Shown: positions 37,828 to 51,368 of the stretch, in pieces
Position numbering within the stretch: the first letter of the stretch is position 1
Layout: each line of letters begins with the position of its first letter
Assembly (NCBI GenBank): GCA_038087875.1
Contig: CM075989.1
Location: 10,602,001-10,666,000 of the forward strand
Length of the DNA: 64,000 nt
From: Malacoraja senta
Taxonomy: Eukaryota
Reading direction: 5' to 3'
The notes under the pieces: model-generated
The model's input: only the letters and a program-made list of their open reading frames with translations
The model's database searches: none
What the model was told of the DNA's origin: nothing
Made by a program: the position numbers and the translations under genes

Positions 37828-38014
37828 TTCTTCTTTCGTGTCCATGTTTCCAATGTTGACATTGCTGTGATCGTCCGTCCTGAAAAGGACGCAAGCTTCC
37901 GGCGACAATCAGTGGGAGCCATCACTTGAGGCAATAGTTAATGGTGGTAGCAGAATTAGCTCGGGATACTTCCAGTTACCAGCCCTGCGACCTGGACGTT
38001 TCTGCTATGGGGCC
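37828..38014 (-). mobile_element. HDV-ribozyme-headed short retroposon, family A copy 2
   Basis: Perfect 12-bp TSD agtccctttgtc (37816-37827 / 38015-38026); ribozyme at 38014-37948; GAA tail. Confidence 0.9.
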
Positions 38015-39699
38015 AGTCCCTTTGTCAGAAGTGGTTTATGTATACAGCCAGGCAAAGGAAAGTGGAGTTAGTGTGGACGAGTGAAAGATGAAGCCGGGTC
38101 ATGGTACCTAATGACCTGCCCTTTCTGCCTTGGGTCTCCTGCTGTGATATTCTTACACACCGCCATTGTTTTCATAAGTAGGTTTCTAGCTGTCAGATAA
38201 TATATATTACTCCCTCTCCTGTTTTATTCCCAAACTTCTCTTTTTTGTCGTAACTAGAAAGAAAAGCTTTCATTGACAGTCTTAAACCAGAGATTACATT
38301 TCAAGGAAAACAATAACTAGACATTGCTGACTAGTAGCTTATTTGTTCTGCATTAGTTCTTCAGGGCACTGCCGTACCAGGGTGTGGGACAAACCACCGT
38401 CTTGTTTCAGAGTGCTCTGCCTAAAGCTGAGCACAATAAACACACAGAGAAATCGATTCATTCCAGCTTTGCCCCTGACCTTGACCCTTGCGACAGGCTC
38501 CACCTCCTTGTGAATTATCTGATTGCTCAATGCAGGTAAGCTCCAGAGCCGGTGGAAACATGTGCAAAGCATTGCTATGTGAGTTGAACGTGGTCCGTTC
38601 ACATGGAAAGCAAATAGCAGTTGGCAATGTATGTTAAGCATCACTCAGCATATCTCCAGTCGTTGGAACTCTGTGCTTGTCTATACATGAGGTGGAAACT
38701 AAAATGAGCCTTGCTTCATGATTGAAGCGCATGCCTTCTAATCGAAAGCTCACGTTGGTATCACAGCTCAATCATCTTTCTAATCTGTCCTTTCTCACAA
38801 GATCACGCAATAAAATAGGAGCAGGAGTAGGCCACGCAGCCCCACAAGCCCAGCCCACCGTTCAATATGATCATGAATGATCTACCCCAGCATCAACTCC
38901 TCCTCTGTGCCAGTTCCACATAGGCCTCAATTCCTCAAACTTTCAAATATTTATTTATCTTCACCTTAATTCTATCCATCCTCTGAGGCAGAGATTCACC
39001 AATCTCTGACAGAAGCAATTTCACCGGTCATCATATATCAATATTGTAATTCAGGGGTAGATTTTCTCAATTTAGATTACTTTAGTTTAGAGATACAGCG
39101 CAGAAACAAGTCCTTCAGAAGAGAGGGCGATGGACCTGAAAGCATTTGTTTCCCCTTCCACAGATGCTGCCTGACCAGCTGAGTGTTTCCAACATTTGCT
39201 TTTCTTGTTGCACGTGGGATTGACCTGAATAAGAACCATATTGGATGGAGATTAACATAGAAATGTTACATTGCTTCTGTTAAAATCCAGTCTGTGCTAT
39301 TTAATGCAAGAGTTAACCAGTTAGTTCAAAGTGTTAGTACATCCATAACTCGAGGAAATTTAGTGTGTGTAAATGAACTTCGCTGATACGCACCTGGTGT
39401 GTTATACTAAAATGTGCATTAACTCAGACAAAACCTGTTGCAGTGTTTCTTTTGAAAATAATTCTGTAAGAAATTCAAGGAAAATCTTTGTATTTTCCTC
39501 TAAACCTGATCGGACTGAAGCTTTCAAGTAATTGAGATAAACTAACAGGGTGGATGGTGTACTGTATACTCGTGTAAGGGTACCTGTAAGAACTGAGTGT
39601 AGCATGAGATATGACCTTGACTTTGATGCACCCTCATGCCAGACAGTCATTTAGTTGAAAGTTACCTCCTTCAGTAACAGAGGCCCAGGTGATGTTGGT

Positions 39700-41725
39700 A
39701 TTGATATTGATATATTATTGTCAAGCATACCGAGATACAGTAAATAACGTTAGTTTGCATGCTATCCAGTTAAATCAAATTATGCTATTCATGGGTACAA
39801 TCAAGCCATATTCATGTACAACGGATAGTGTAAATAGAAATGTACCAGAGTGCAGAATATATTGTTACAGCGTTAAAGCATTGCAGTTAGAGAGCAAATG
39901 TCCAAGGTAGGTTGGAAGATCAGGATTACACCCGACATTATGGGAGGATCGTACAATAGTTTGACAACAGCGGGGAAGATGTTTCTGAATCTAATGGCAC
40001 AAGCTTTCAAGCTTTTATTTCTTCTGCCCAATGGGAGAGGGGAGAAGAGGGAATGACCAGGATGAAAAAGTTCCTTGATTATGTTGGCTGCCTTCCCAAA
40101 GCAGTGTGAAGTGCAGTTGGAGTTGTTGCTGGGGTACCTGGTCCATGTGACGGACTGGGCTACATGATTCAAAATTCTCCATAATTCTCTGCAATTTCTT
40201 GCGGTCTGTAATGATGCATCCCAATAGCATGCTTTCTACGATGCAGCTGTAGAAGTTGGTAAGAGTTATTGGAGACATGCATGCCAAACATCCTCAGTCT
40301 TCTGAGGAAGTAAAGGTGTTTGTGTGTTTTCTTGGCCGTAGCTTCAATGTGGTTTATTCTGGACAAGATGTTGGTGTTACTTTTGCCTAAGAACCTGAAG
40401 CTCCCGATCATCTCAACTTGCGCATCATTGATGCTGCTTTGGGCATATACTCTACCTTGCTTCCTGAAGTCAACAACTAGCTTCTTTATCGTACTGACAT
40501 TGAGGGAAAGGTGTTTAAGAAGGAACTGCAGATGCTGGAAAATCGAAGGTAGACAAAAGTGCTGGAGAAACTCAGCGGGTGCAGCAGCATCTATGGAGCG
40601 AAGGAAATTGGCAACGTTTCGGGCCGAAACCCTTCTTCAGACTGATGTAGGGTGGGGGGGGGGGGGGGGAACGGGGAGAAGAAAGGAAAAAGGAAGAGGA
40701 GGAGCCCGAGGGCTGAGGGAGAGCTGAGAAAGGGAGGAGACAGCAAGGGCTACCGGAAATTGGTGAATTCAATGTTTATGCTGCTAGGGTGCAGACTGCC
40801 CAAGCAGAATATGAGGTGCTGCTCCTCCAATTTCCAATGTTGCTCACTCTGGCCATGGAGGAGGCACAGGACAGACAGGGAAAGGTATTTGACCTGACAC
40901 TATGTTTCTAAGCTCTCTATCTCCTTTCTGTACATTGAATCATTGATCTCGGACAATGACGAGACAATGATTCAATGACACTGTATTGTCACATGTACGT
41001 ACAGTGAAATTCATAGTTTTTTCATACAATCCGGTAAAATCATACAGCAGCCCTCACCTAGGCAGTACTCAAAGAGTCGCCATGTTTCTGGCGCCAACAA
41101 AGTTACAAAAGTTCACTGAACAGTCTTATCTTATGGTCCGGCCCACTACAGTGGCATTGTCTGCAAACTTGTAACCTGTAAATTGAGTTAGAGGAGAATC
41201 TGACCCACAATTGTAAGTGTACAAAGAAAAGAGTAAGGGACTACATATGAGTGTGCTGACTCCTAGGTCTAGAGTTTGGGGATGAGTTTGGTTGGAATTA
41301 GCCCCGTTAAAGGTGGATTTAGGGCCAGGAAAATAGTATCTGATGTGGACCTGTTGTGAAGGTAGGCAAATTGCAGTGGATCAAGAAGTAGAAACAAGAA
41401 ACTACAGATGCTGGTTTACAACCCGAAACATCACCTCTGCATGTTCTCCAGAGAGGCTGTCTGACCCGTTGACTTACTCCGGCACTTTGTCTCTTTTTTT
41501 GCAGTGGGTCAAGGCTGGCTGGGAGGCTGGAGTTAATGTCCACTATGACTAGTCTTTCGCTGCATTTCATGGTGGTGGAAGTCAGAGCCACTGCACGGTA
41601 GTCATTAAAGGTAACTTGTTTTTTTGATACCTGGATGATAGTGGTCTTCTTAAAGCAGGTGGAAACATAAGAATGAAGTACGGAGCGGTTAAGGATATCT
41701 GAATACACCTGCCAGCTGGTCCACG
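39700..41725 (-). mobile_element. Fragmented Rex1/Babar-type LINE with nested insertions
   Basis: CFKKTTII.V.KK...NDYRAVALTS..MKC.ERLV and LDPLQF in ORF 41319-41708; KKTHKHLYFLRRLRMFG in ORF 40169-40411. Confidence 0.85.
40517..40876 (-). mobile_element. Penelope-like element 3' fragment with intact hammerhead core (40613-40640)
   Basis: Close match to 26750-27072; TSD agggaaaggt(g/a)ttt (40503-40516 / 40877-40890). Confidence 0.9.
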
Positions 41726-41728
41726 CAG

Positions 41729-42000
41729 GTTTAGTTTAGTTTTGAGATCCAGCGCGGAAACAGGTCCTTCAGCCCACCGAGTCCACCGACCAGCGATCCC
41801 CGCACATTAATACGATCCTACACACAAGGGACAATTTACAATTATACCAAGCCAATTAACCTACAAATCTGTACGTCTTTGGAGTGTGGGAGGAAACCGA
41901 AGATCTCGGAGAAAACCCACGCAGTCACCGGGTAAACGTACAAACTCCGCACAGTCAGTACCCATAGTCCGAATCGATCACGCTACCGCCACCGTGCCGT
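41729..42000 (-). mobile_element. HE1-type tRNA SINE
   Basis: Family match. Confidence 0.88.
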
Positions 42001-43749
42001 TCAGAGGACGTGGCAGGGGACTCCATGCGGGTCAGCAGCCCCACTTCTGTTATTTGGTGGTGTAAACTGCGATACAAGGCACTACAGATGGAAGGATTCT
42101 ATTTCCATGAGTCAGGTTAGTGGGGGGAGAACGGAAGGGGAGGGACTGTCTTGGAATTTATACCATAGTCTAAATGTTAGAGCCAGATCTTGCAGGAGTG
42201 AAGTTGGAAAACACTTCAACACATGAAGGTGGTGGAATTTGGATCTTAGTTCCACATATATGACAATTGATGCTGGGCCAATATTTAACTTAAAATCTGA
42301 GACTGACAAATTTTATTCATCAAAGGCTTTGCGGGAAGTGGGCAAAGGGCGAAGATATGTAGTGAGGACACTGATTAATCATGATCTTATAGGAAAATGG
42401 GAAAGGCCTAAGTAAACTATTTTCAGTCACTCTCTTACACACATACCGACTTGCACAAAACAAAAAACAATCAGGTACAAATACATACAGACATACATAA
42501 TTGCACATCCATGGAGACATGCACACGGAACCACATGGTCATTATGCACATGTATGCACATGCATACACATGTATGCACACGTATGCACACACACGGGAG
42601 AAATGTGGTTTTATTTTGAAGTGGGTGAGACAACTGGAATGTGAACAATAATCTAATGATCTCAGCCTCAAAGGCATTTGAAACTGGGCAAGTGCCAAAT
42701 TGGATGGGCCAAATGGAAAGGAATCCCTGTACATTGTCCAAGAGTCAGTCATCACTTAGCACATCAATCCAGATATAACCATTCATCTTTTTTCTCTGCA
42801 TGTAAGAGCATGGGGGCTGGATGGCTAGAGCTCGGTTGGATTTATGTCTCACAAAGCCTTGTGGTGAGGAATGTTCAAGCTGCAGAATGGGTGTGAACAT
42901 CAAGAAATCCCAGCATGGCAATCATAGAGTGAGACACAGATAAAATGGCCAATAAGCCCTTTGTGCATGTGTGGATGAACTCTGCACCTTGAGCTCTTTA
43001 CCTGTGGCCCTGTGCTCTTTTCTCCTACAACTCTCTACGCTGTATCCTTTTGCATGTTGCTATTGAATGTACTTCACTAGCATATTCTATATCACAACAG
43101 GTTGCTGCATGACTCCCTTGAAGTTCCCTCAGGTTCTTTTTCAAATCATTTAAATCTTTTTAAATCTACATCTTCAGGTTATCACCTGTCACTTAAAATA
43201 GAATTCTAGTCATAGAGAGGTATTGCACAGTAGCAAGTCCTTCAGCCGACCAAGCTTGTGTCAACCATGAAACACCCATTTATAAGCTCCCAACACTAAT
43301 TCCTTTCTTTTGTTCTCCCCATGTTTTCATCAACTCCCCCAGATTCTAGCTCCCACTGATACACTGGGAACAATTTACAGTGGCCTCTTTAACAACCTGC
43401 ACGTCTTTGGGGGCAACTTAGAGAACTCGAAGGCAACCTACACAGTCACAGGGAGAACGTGCAAACTCCACACAGATAGCACCAGAGGCTGGGATTGAAC
43501 CAGGTCTCGGCACAATGAGGGAGAGGCTCCACTCGCTGCATCAATGTGCTGCCCAGAGTTTGTTTTTCCCTGTAACTGTAAGGCTATAACACTAACACCA
43601 TGTAAGGCTTGAGTGCACTAATGTACAATGTGATTTATAATAATAATAATAATCATTTTATTTACTGGCGCCTTTCTAAAACCCAAGGACACCTTACAAT
43701 GCATAGAATCACAACTGGATAGCACGCAAACAGAGCTTTTCATGGCAGC

Positions 43750-44025
43750 TTAGTTTAATTTAGTTTAGTTTAGTTTAAAGATACAGCGCAGAAACAGGCC
43801 CTTCGGCCCACCATGTCCGCGCCGACCAGCGATCCCCGCATATTAACACCATCCTGCGCACACTAAGGACAATTTTGACATTTACCAAGCCAATTTACCT
43901 ACATACCTGTACGTCTTTGGAATGTGGGAGGAAACCGAAGATCTCGGAGAAAACCCAGGCGGTCATGGGGAGAACGTACAAACTCCGTACCATAGTCGGG
44001 ATCAAACCCGGGTCTCTGGTGCTGC
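43750..44025 (-). mobile_element. HE1-type tRNA SINE
   Basis: Family match; (ctaaa)n tail. Confidence 0.88.
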
Positions 44026-44929
44026 ATAGAATATGCTCACTCCATTCATCCACACAAAGCATGCCTCAGCCAAAACAAAAATAGAGCATGTGCCAGGCAA
44101 ACTAACTCTTTTTTGTGGCAATTGCCACTGAAAGGTGTGGGCCAAATTTTCAATTGAACCTCATTCAAAATGGGACAGCCATACACTGAAGATGAAGGGA
44201 ATATTTGCACACGGCGTGATCGCAAAGCTTTTGCAAACTGCAATAGAGTTTGACAAACATGGAGAGAGAAGCTGGCAATTTGAGTTCAGAACTATAAGGG
44301 GCATATTGATACAGACACACACTGATGGAGACAGACAGGTACATAACAAGCCCCAAGTGAGTCTAGAGAACAGAAGAATGTGCCACTGCCTGTCCCCAAG
44401 AGGTGGTGGATTAACACATTAGGATCCCAGCAGAATGTTATCTCAATTAGCACCCAAGGATTTGCAGTGAAGCTGGGATATTCAGGGATATCTGGAGGTC
44501 AGGATATGATCTATTTTCCGCGCTTTGGTGTGTGAGAGAAGGACAGTATCATTTGTGTGGAATGTTTGTTGAGGTGGAGCCAGGGAAATGTGGTGATGGA
44601 CTGGTATTTTAGAATTCTGATGTCTTACATCTGAAGATCAGAGAATATAGTTGCACTGAACATTTCCACAGGAGATTACAGGAAAAAGATAGATCCCGCG
44701 AGAATGTCAATTACACAGAGGCTAGAACGGGAGTGAGCTTAAGGCGCCAAATAATCTTTTCTCATTCTGCACTTCATGTAAGTATTTCACTGAAGTCACA
44801 GAAAGATCTGAAGTTGTAGCCTGCGCTGGATGGTCAATGTTCATCTCTCCGTAGCACCAGGATCCAATAGGTTACCTGGCAAACTGTATGTAGCAGCCAC
44901 GCTACATGTTGTGTGATCAGTCACAGAAT

Positions 44930-45230
44930 CAGTTTAGTTTATTGTCACATGTACCGAGGTACAGTGAAAAGCCTTTGTTGCGTGCTAACCAGTCAGCGGA
45001 AAGACAATACATGATTACAATCGAGCCATTCACAGTGTACTGGTGCATGATATGGGAATAATGTTTAGTGCAAGGTAAAGCCAGTAAAATCCGATCAAAG
45101 ATAGTCTAAGGGACACCTATGAGGCAGATAGTAGTTCAGGACTGCTCTCTAGTTGCAGCAGGATGGTTCAGTTGCCTGATAACAATTGGGAAGAAACAGT
45201 CCCTGAATCTGGAGTTGTGCATTTTCACGT
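44930..45230 (-). mobile_element. Rex1/Babar-type LINE 3' end
   Basis: Reverse complement of 8670-8968. Confidence 0.8.
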
Positions 45231-47582
45231 TTTAATCCTCCTCGTTTAAAGCATGAATATGGGCCACTCAGCCCGTCATGTCCATTCTTGCTATGAATGG
45301 TCTTCAGGGTAATGCCACTTCTTGGCTTTTGATTTGTAGGCCCAATTCTCCAAATGCTCTCCCTCGTGTGTTTTCTTACAATTTATAAAGTTATGCAGCA
45401 CAGAAACAGGCTCTTCGATCCAACTTGCCCATGTCAACCAAGATGTCCCATATATGCTAGCCCCACTTGCCTGAATTCCGCCTACATCCTTCTAAACCTC
45501 TCCTATCCATGTACCTGATTGTTTCTGCCTCCATTGCCTTCTCAGGCCGTGAATTCCAGACATCCCACCATTTGCTGAGTGAAATTTTTTTTTCTCAACT
45601 CCTCTCTAACCCTTCAAACAGATCACATAAATCTGAGCCCCGTTGTCATTGACTTCTTTGCTGAGAGAAATAGGATCGTGCTTGGGCCCCTCATTATTTT
45701 ATGCTCCTCCGTGAACCCATCTCTCAGTCTCCTTTCTTCCAAAATAAACAACTCTGACAGTCAGTGTCTCATCATTCTTACAATTTTCCGAACCAATCTG
45801 TGGAATTCATCCCAAATGGAATGTCTGTATCAACCAGTCCAGGGAGACTCCAGGCTCCTAGTTTGCACCCAAGTCGCTGGACCATGGAAGAGGCAGTGTA
45901 ATTTTCCTCCTTGACTTTCAATATCAGGGAAAATCCTGCCTCTATTTTATAACCTCTAATACAAGGCATTGAATCAGAGAAGTCTACAGTACAGAAAGAA
46001 GGCAGCTTTTCAGCCTACTATGTCCTTGACAACCAGAAATGGACTGAAAGGCGGTCACTAATAAATCTAATAGGGAGTTTGCAGAACCATCTCTACCCAG
46101 AGCGTAATGAGAATGCATAATCACAAGGACTGGGTGATGTGAAAAGTAGGGTTAAGGTTTATGCAGGAAGAATGGAGAGATGTGCTAAATAGGTGAAGAG
46201 GGTGCAGTCACAGATAACCCTAAGGGTTGTTTCATTACAATGCTTTCAGTCTCTATGCCTGGCAGTGCATATTCAGTACTTATATGGTGATGAGAAGATT
46301 AGGCTCAGCTATGATGTCCTAACTGTTATGGGTCAAGGTCCTGACGAGACTTACTGCCTGAGCGTGCAGAGCCAGTTGACTGGGGAAACTGCTGAGAACA
46401 GTGGACTGTGGGTTGTTTTAAGAAAGACAGTAGTACTTGTCCCGGTTCACTGAAAGGACTGGGAAATGTAAGCTGTCTTTGTTAAATGTTGCGCTGCAGA
46501 CTTGCTGAGTTGTCCGATGCTGACAAGCGCCCGGGAGATGCTGAAAAACATCCAGAAGTGAAAATCTAACGTTTCATTCAGGAAATGAGGATTTTGGCAT
46601 GGTGTGTTTGTGTACTGACTTAGGAAAACAGCAAATACCAGAGAGAAACCCTGGAGGCAACATACACACAGGTTACTGGAACTTTACAGCATCAAAGCCC
46701 TGAACTGGCGCCGAGGGCAAGTGTGGTGGAAACGTCTGAGTGCTTCTTCAAAAATGACCCTTCAAAAGAGAAATCCAGAACCTTATTTTTTCCAAGATTT
46801 TGCTGAACAGCCAAACTGTTCCTGGCAAAACCAGAAGGAACTCCAATTTCTAGCTACTGTGATCTCAGACAGGTTGTTCTGAAGATCGTATATCATGTGC
46901 CTAGCTTTCATATCCAATAGAACCCAACTGTTTCTTCAGAGTTAGTCGGACTGTATAAGGCAATGTTAATTGGGCCATCACACTAAATCCATTCAATAGG
47001 CACCTTCAAACGGACAGATACCTTCCTCTCCTTTTTTACCCTTGGACCAATTTTCTGTCTCCGCTTCTGCAGGCACTGAGCCAAGCTGAGATCTGTTCAT
47101 GAACGGGGCGTTTCATTAATAAGACTGCAGGAGCAAGAGTTAGGCCATTCATGCCTTCAAGCCTATTCCATTATTTAATAAGAGCACATTTGATATAAAC
47201 CCCACCTTCACTCCCTTCCATCATGATGCCCTCGAATGACAATCAGTCCGTCTGAAAAAAGTTCACGTTGCCTCAGTATTCCTGGCCTTTTGGAGGTGAG
47301 AGTCTTACAATCTGAATTCCTGACATCCAAACGCAATAGTGTAAAGTGTGTTCATGTGTCATACACTCCGGATATGAAGTGGAATATCTTATTTGAAAAT
47401 GGGGCTAGCTTAGATGGTGGATTTTTGTTGGCATGGACCAGTTGAGCCGAAGGGCCTGTTTCTGTGCTGTATGACTCCATGAATCTATCTGCTGCAGTTT
47501 TGCAAGCACGTAAGAATTCCGTTGGATGACCATAGTTGCAGTTGGAGTGTGACAATGGTGAAGCGGTTATGTTACTGAACAG

Positions 47583-47662
47583 TCAGTCTGAAGACTGGTC
47601 CCGACCCGAAACGTCACTTATCCATGTTCTCCAGAGAGTCCGCTGCCTGACCCACTGAGTCT
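47583..47662 (+). mobile_element. Penelope-derived fragment with a hammerhead-like core
   Basis: ctgaagactggtcccgacccgaaacgtc at 47588-47615. Confidence 0.7.
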
Positions 47663-50000
47663 TCCTTTGTTACCGAACAGCTGCCAGGGTAATGGGCCAT
47701 TGAGCCAAAGGCCTGAGTTTGCATCCCACCATGCCCATTGTTTTTTTTAAAAAAGGTTAACCTCACAAATAAAAACCACAAAACTGCCGGCTTGCTCTAA
47801 ATGGTTGCACCTGGTTCACCATTTTGTTCAGAAGAAAAAAATATTGTCCTTGCACAAAAATATGACACAAAAATGTATTGCCCTTCCTAGTTGTGGGTTG
47901 TGTGTGAATCTAGGCCCACCAAATGGATGACTGTTAACTGCCTCCTCAGATCAAGAGCAACCGAGGATGGACAATAAATGCTGACGCTGCCAGTGACATC
48001 CACATCGTGTCAATAAATACACTGAGAAAAATCTAACAAGAACTGAGCAGTACAGGTATATTCCAAACAATCCCGTTCCAATTTCCAGGTGCACACACAT
48101 GTGCATTCACACAGGCATACATTTTCAACAAGGGTTACTTGCTAGTGAACAAAAGCGAGGCCCTGACAAAATTCTCAGCTGCAGGCCAATTTTAGCGCGC
48201 TGGCACTGCCCTGGCTGAGAACTGCCAACACATCACACAGAGCGACTGAAGCTGGAGCCCAGTGTTTGCATTAACCGACGGTTAAAAGAAACAAAACAGC
48301 TCTCTCAGCAGCTTGCCCTAAGTGCATGAATCCTCCTGATCAAAGACTAGCACAACTCAGGAGGAACATGGTCCTGTCCTGCAGCTCATAAGGTGAACCA
48401 AGTACCTGGGGAATGGGTGAGAGTTTTGGGGGAGGTTGGTGGATGGAGCTTTGATATCTGAAAACCAAAGATCATTATCTAATGATGATGTTCAACCACG
48501 TGAGTGCCATTGAATCGGGAACGAGGTACCATGGTTTAAATTCAAACAGGGATGCTGAGTGTTCCAGATACAGATGAAGTGAAGGGCTGAACTGTTGGTT
48601 GGATGTCAGCTTTGCTGATGTTGAACCTAATTGATTCCATTAATAATGAATAGAAACATTTAGCGCATGCCTGGGGATGTGAAAGGACAGTGCATGGTGC
48701 CCTTTCCTGTTATCTGGGCCTTACACAAATGATTTGTGGCAATAGGTTTTGATTGAGATATAGACTTTTTTTTTACCAATAGGAAAATTAACTTCTCAAC
48801 TTTGAAGTTCCACAGACAACAAGAGAGATGATTGGTAGTTGGGTGATGGTGATTGAGGCCTGCTGTTTGCCACTCACTTTATCTTCATCATTAGCATTCA
48901 AATGAATAAAGAATGGTTTATCACCTTTAAATAAAAATACTTCTCAGAAAATGCTACTCTACAGAATTGTAGTGGCAATCTACTCGATCTTCTACAAGCT
49001 TCTATTTAGGGAAACCTCTGTGCGTTAGATGAACTGAGAACATTTTCATCTCACTAGACAATGGAAGAAAATGGCTTTTTATTTAAAATTGAAAATAATG
49101 TTTTGTCATATTCCATCGAAATGTACATGAAAGCTGAACTAGTCAATCCAAAAGAGTTCTGGTATGGTTGTTTCTGTGGTCTTCTGATATGTATAAGGCA
49201 TCCTTTGTTTCTTATATGGGTAGATGGAATGTCAAACATCCAATCTCTCCCTCTCCTTCTCCCCCTCCCCCTCCCCCTCCCCCTCCCCCCTCTCTCTCCC
49301 TCCCCCGGGGAGGGGGTGGGGGGGTGGAGATATGAGACACTTCATTAAAAAGTGTAGCTACCTACACTAGCTAGAAAAGACATCTTTGACTGGACATAAT
49401 CCTCCTCTTTGATATGAATTCCAACGGGTTCTAGCCCAAGCTCAGTTCCGTTGGTTATTTGACAACTGCCCTTGTAGTATCTTCCCTTGTCCAGTTGCCA
49501 TGTGATTGGATGGTACTTGACTATCAGTCAAACAGATCCTCAATATTGCCCAGTCCAATATTTTTAGAACAAATAACTTAAAGTTATTGAAGGAAAATTG
49601 GAAAACAATCGTTAAATTCCTTTGATTTATCTTCCGTGGTTGTCTGAAAATTGATCTTTAATTTCTGCTACCGGTCCTACATCGGGCAGCAGGGGCCCGC
49701 TCCAACTCCTGGCTTAGCAAGTAGTGGGCATGAAAGAAAGGGCAGCACTAACTCTTTACAACAGAGGGGATATTTTTTTAATTCATTCAGTGTTGTAATC
49801 TACGATGGTCAAGGCTTGTGTGTGCACACAGCAAGCTCACACAATCAGCAGTGGGATAATCATCAGATTGTTTTGGCTACAGTAATGGACATTTGCCAGA
49901 ACGCTGGAGAAAACTACCCAAATTCTTCCTTCAGCTGGTGCCAGAGATGCTTTACATTCGAGGGCAGTCAGCGCTGTGGTGAAACATCACACCCACTAGA

Positions 50001-50311
50001 CTTACTTACTTACTTACTGCCGATTATGCCTCTTGGCATGTAGGGCAGCAACAAAGGTCCTCCACTCAGTAGTGTTGATTCCTTCAGTTGCTGTTTCTGT
50101 AACATATTTGTTTTACGAGACAGGGTTGTTAGCCCTGTGCTCAACCTCCAACCTGGAGGACCAGTGGATCACTCTTCGTCTCGCCTCTACCCTTCGACCT
50201 GTCCAGCATGGGAGACCCTAACAGGAGACGAATCTCCCGCTGGCATAGCTCTAGGGGTCACTGAGACACACAAGCTCCCCGACCACGACAAGGTTGCAAT
50301 CCAACGGGGAG
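50001..50311 (-). mobile_element. RTE-derived bipartite non-autonomous retroposon (family C) with an HDV-like 5' fold
   Basis: Perfect TSD cacccactaga (49990-50000 / 50312-50322); (TAAG)n tail; 3' end reads WRTFVAALHA like RTE ORF termini; 5' motif ACCTTGTCGTGGT typical of RTE 5' UTRs. Confidence 0.88.
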
Positions 50312-51094
50312 CACCCACTAGAGCCAAGAGACTATGGATAGGATTAGGTGAGTCCCTGTCTGCTAAGGGAGGTCATGGCAGCGAGAGGGGAATATCTCTT
50401 CAAACAAAGTCAGTTTCATGAGGTCTGGGATGGAGAGCTAAACCGGCAGACATTGTGATTCCCAGAGTATTCAGTGCCACCTGCTGTTTAAAATTATCCA
50501 GGACAACAACCCTCTCTTGACGGTAAAGCAACTCAGAATGCTCACCCCCACGACACTTCTTACTACTCCCCAGGACAAATCCCAAAACAAAGGCAGGGCC
50601 CGGACTCCCTGTCGGTACAGAGACCTTATTAACAGCAGCAATTTCCCATGTCATCAACTAGTACACAAGGGAAAGACTGCAAAGATTTGTTTTTTCAACT
50701 GGGGGCTTTCATTCCAGACAGCAAGGTTCCCCAAGATCACAACAGAGACTGCTCGTCAAACTTGTTTCATTGGTTGTAAAACCCCTGCAACTTCATGAAG
50801 CCATGAAATTTACTCTCCTGCTTCAGAAGGTTTTGTCAGTGAGATTGGGGAAGTAGGTTAACTCGTAAGCTATTGACACTTTTAAATAACTTGATGCCCG
50901 TCATTCATTTGATGGTACTATCCAGCCCATTCTATTGATTTTCGTTGTTGGTGGAAATGCACAACCATTAAGGGGCAGAGCGGCAGAATAGCTAAATAAT
51001 TCAGCTGATATTTAGGAGCTTGGACTGTTAATGCAGTCCAAGTGACATTAGTGATATGGGTTCAAATCCCCTAACAGCAGCTGCAAATAACTAG

Positions 51095-51368
51095 ACTAGA
51101 CTTTTGAGATACAGTACAGAAATAGACCCTTTTGCCCACCAAGTCCGTGCTGACCAGCGATCACACTAGGGACAATTTACAATTTTTACCAAGGGCAATT
51201 AAACTACAAACATGTCTGTCTTTGGAATGTGGGAGGAAAACGGTGCATCTGGAGAAAACCCATGCGGTCACAGGGAGAACATACAAACTCTGTACTGACA
51301 GCACCTGCAGTCAGGATCGAACCCAGAGTCCCTGGCACTGTAAGGCAGCAACTCTACCACTGTGCTGC
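51095..51368 (-). mobile_element. HE1-type tRNA SINE
   Basis: Family match. Confidence 0.85.

Noticed and set aside
42480-42597. Alternating purine-pyrimidine tract (Z-DNA potential)
   Set aside because: Common decayed (CA/TA)n microsatellite with no evidence of function.
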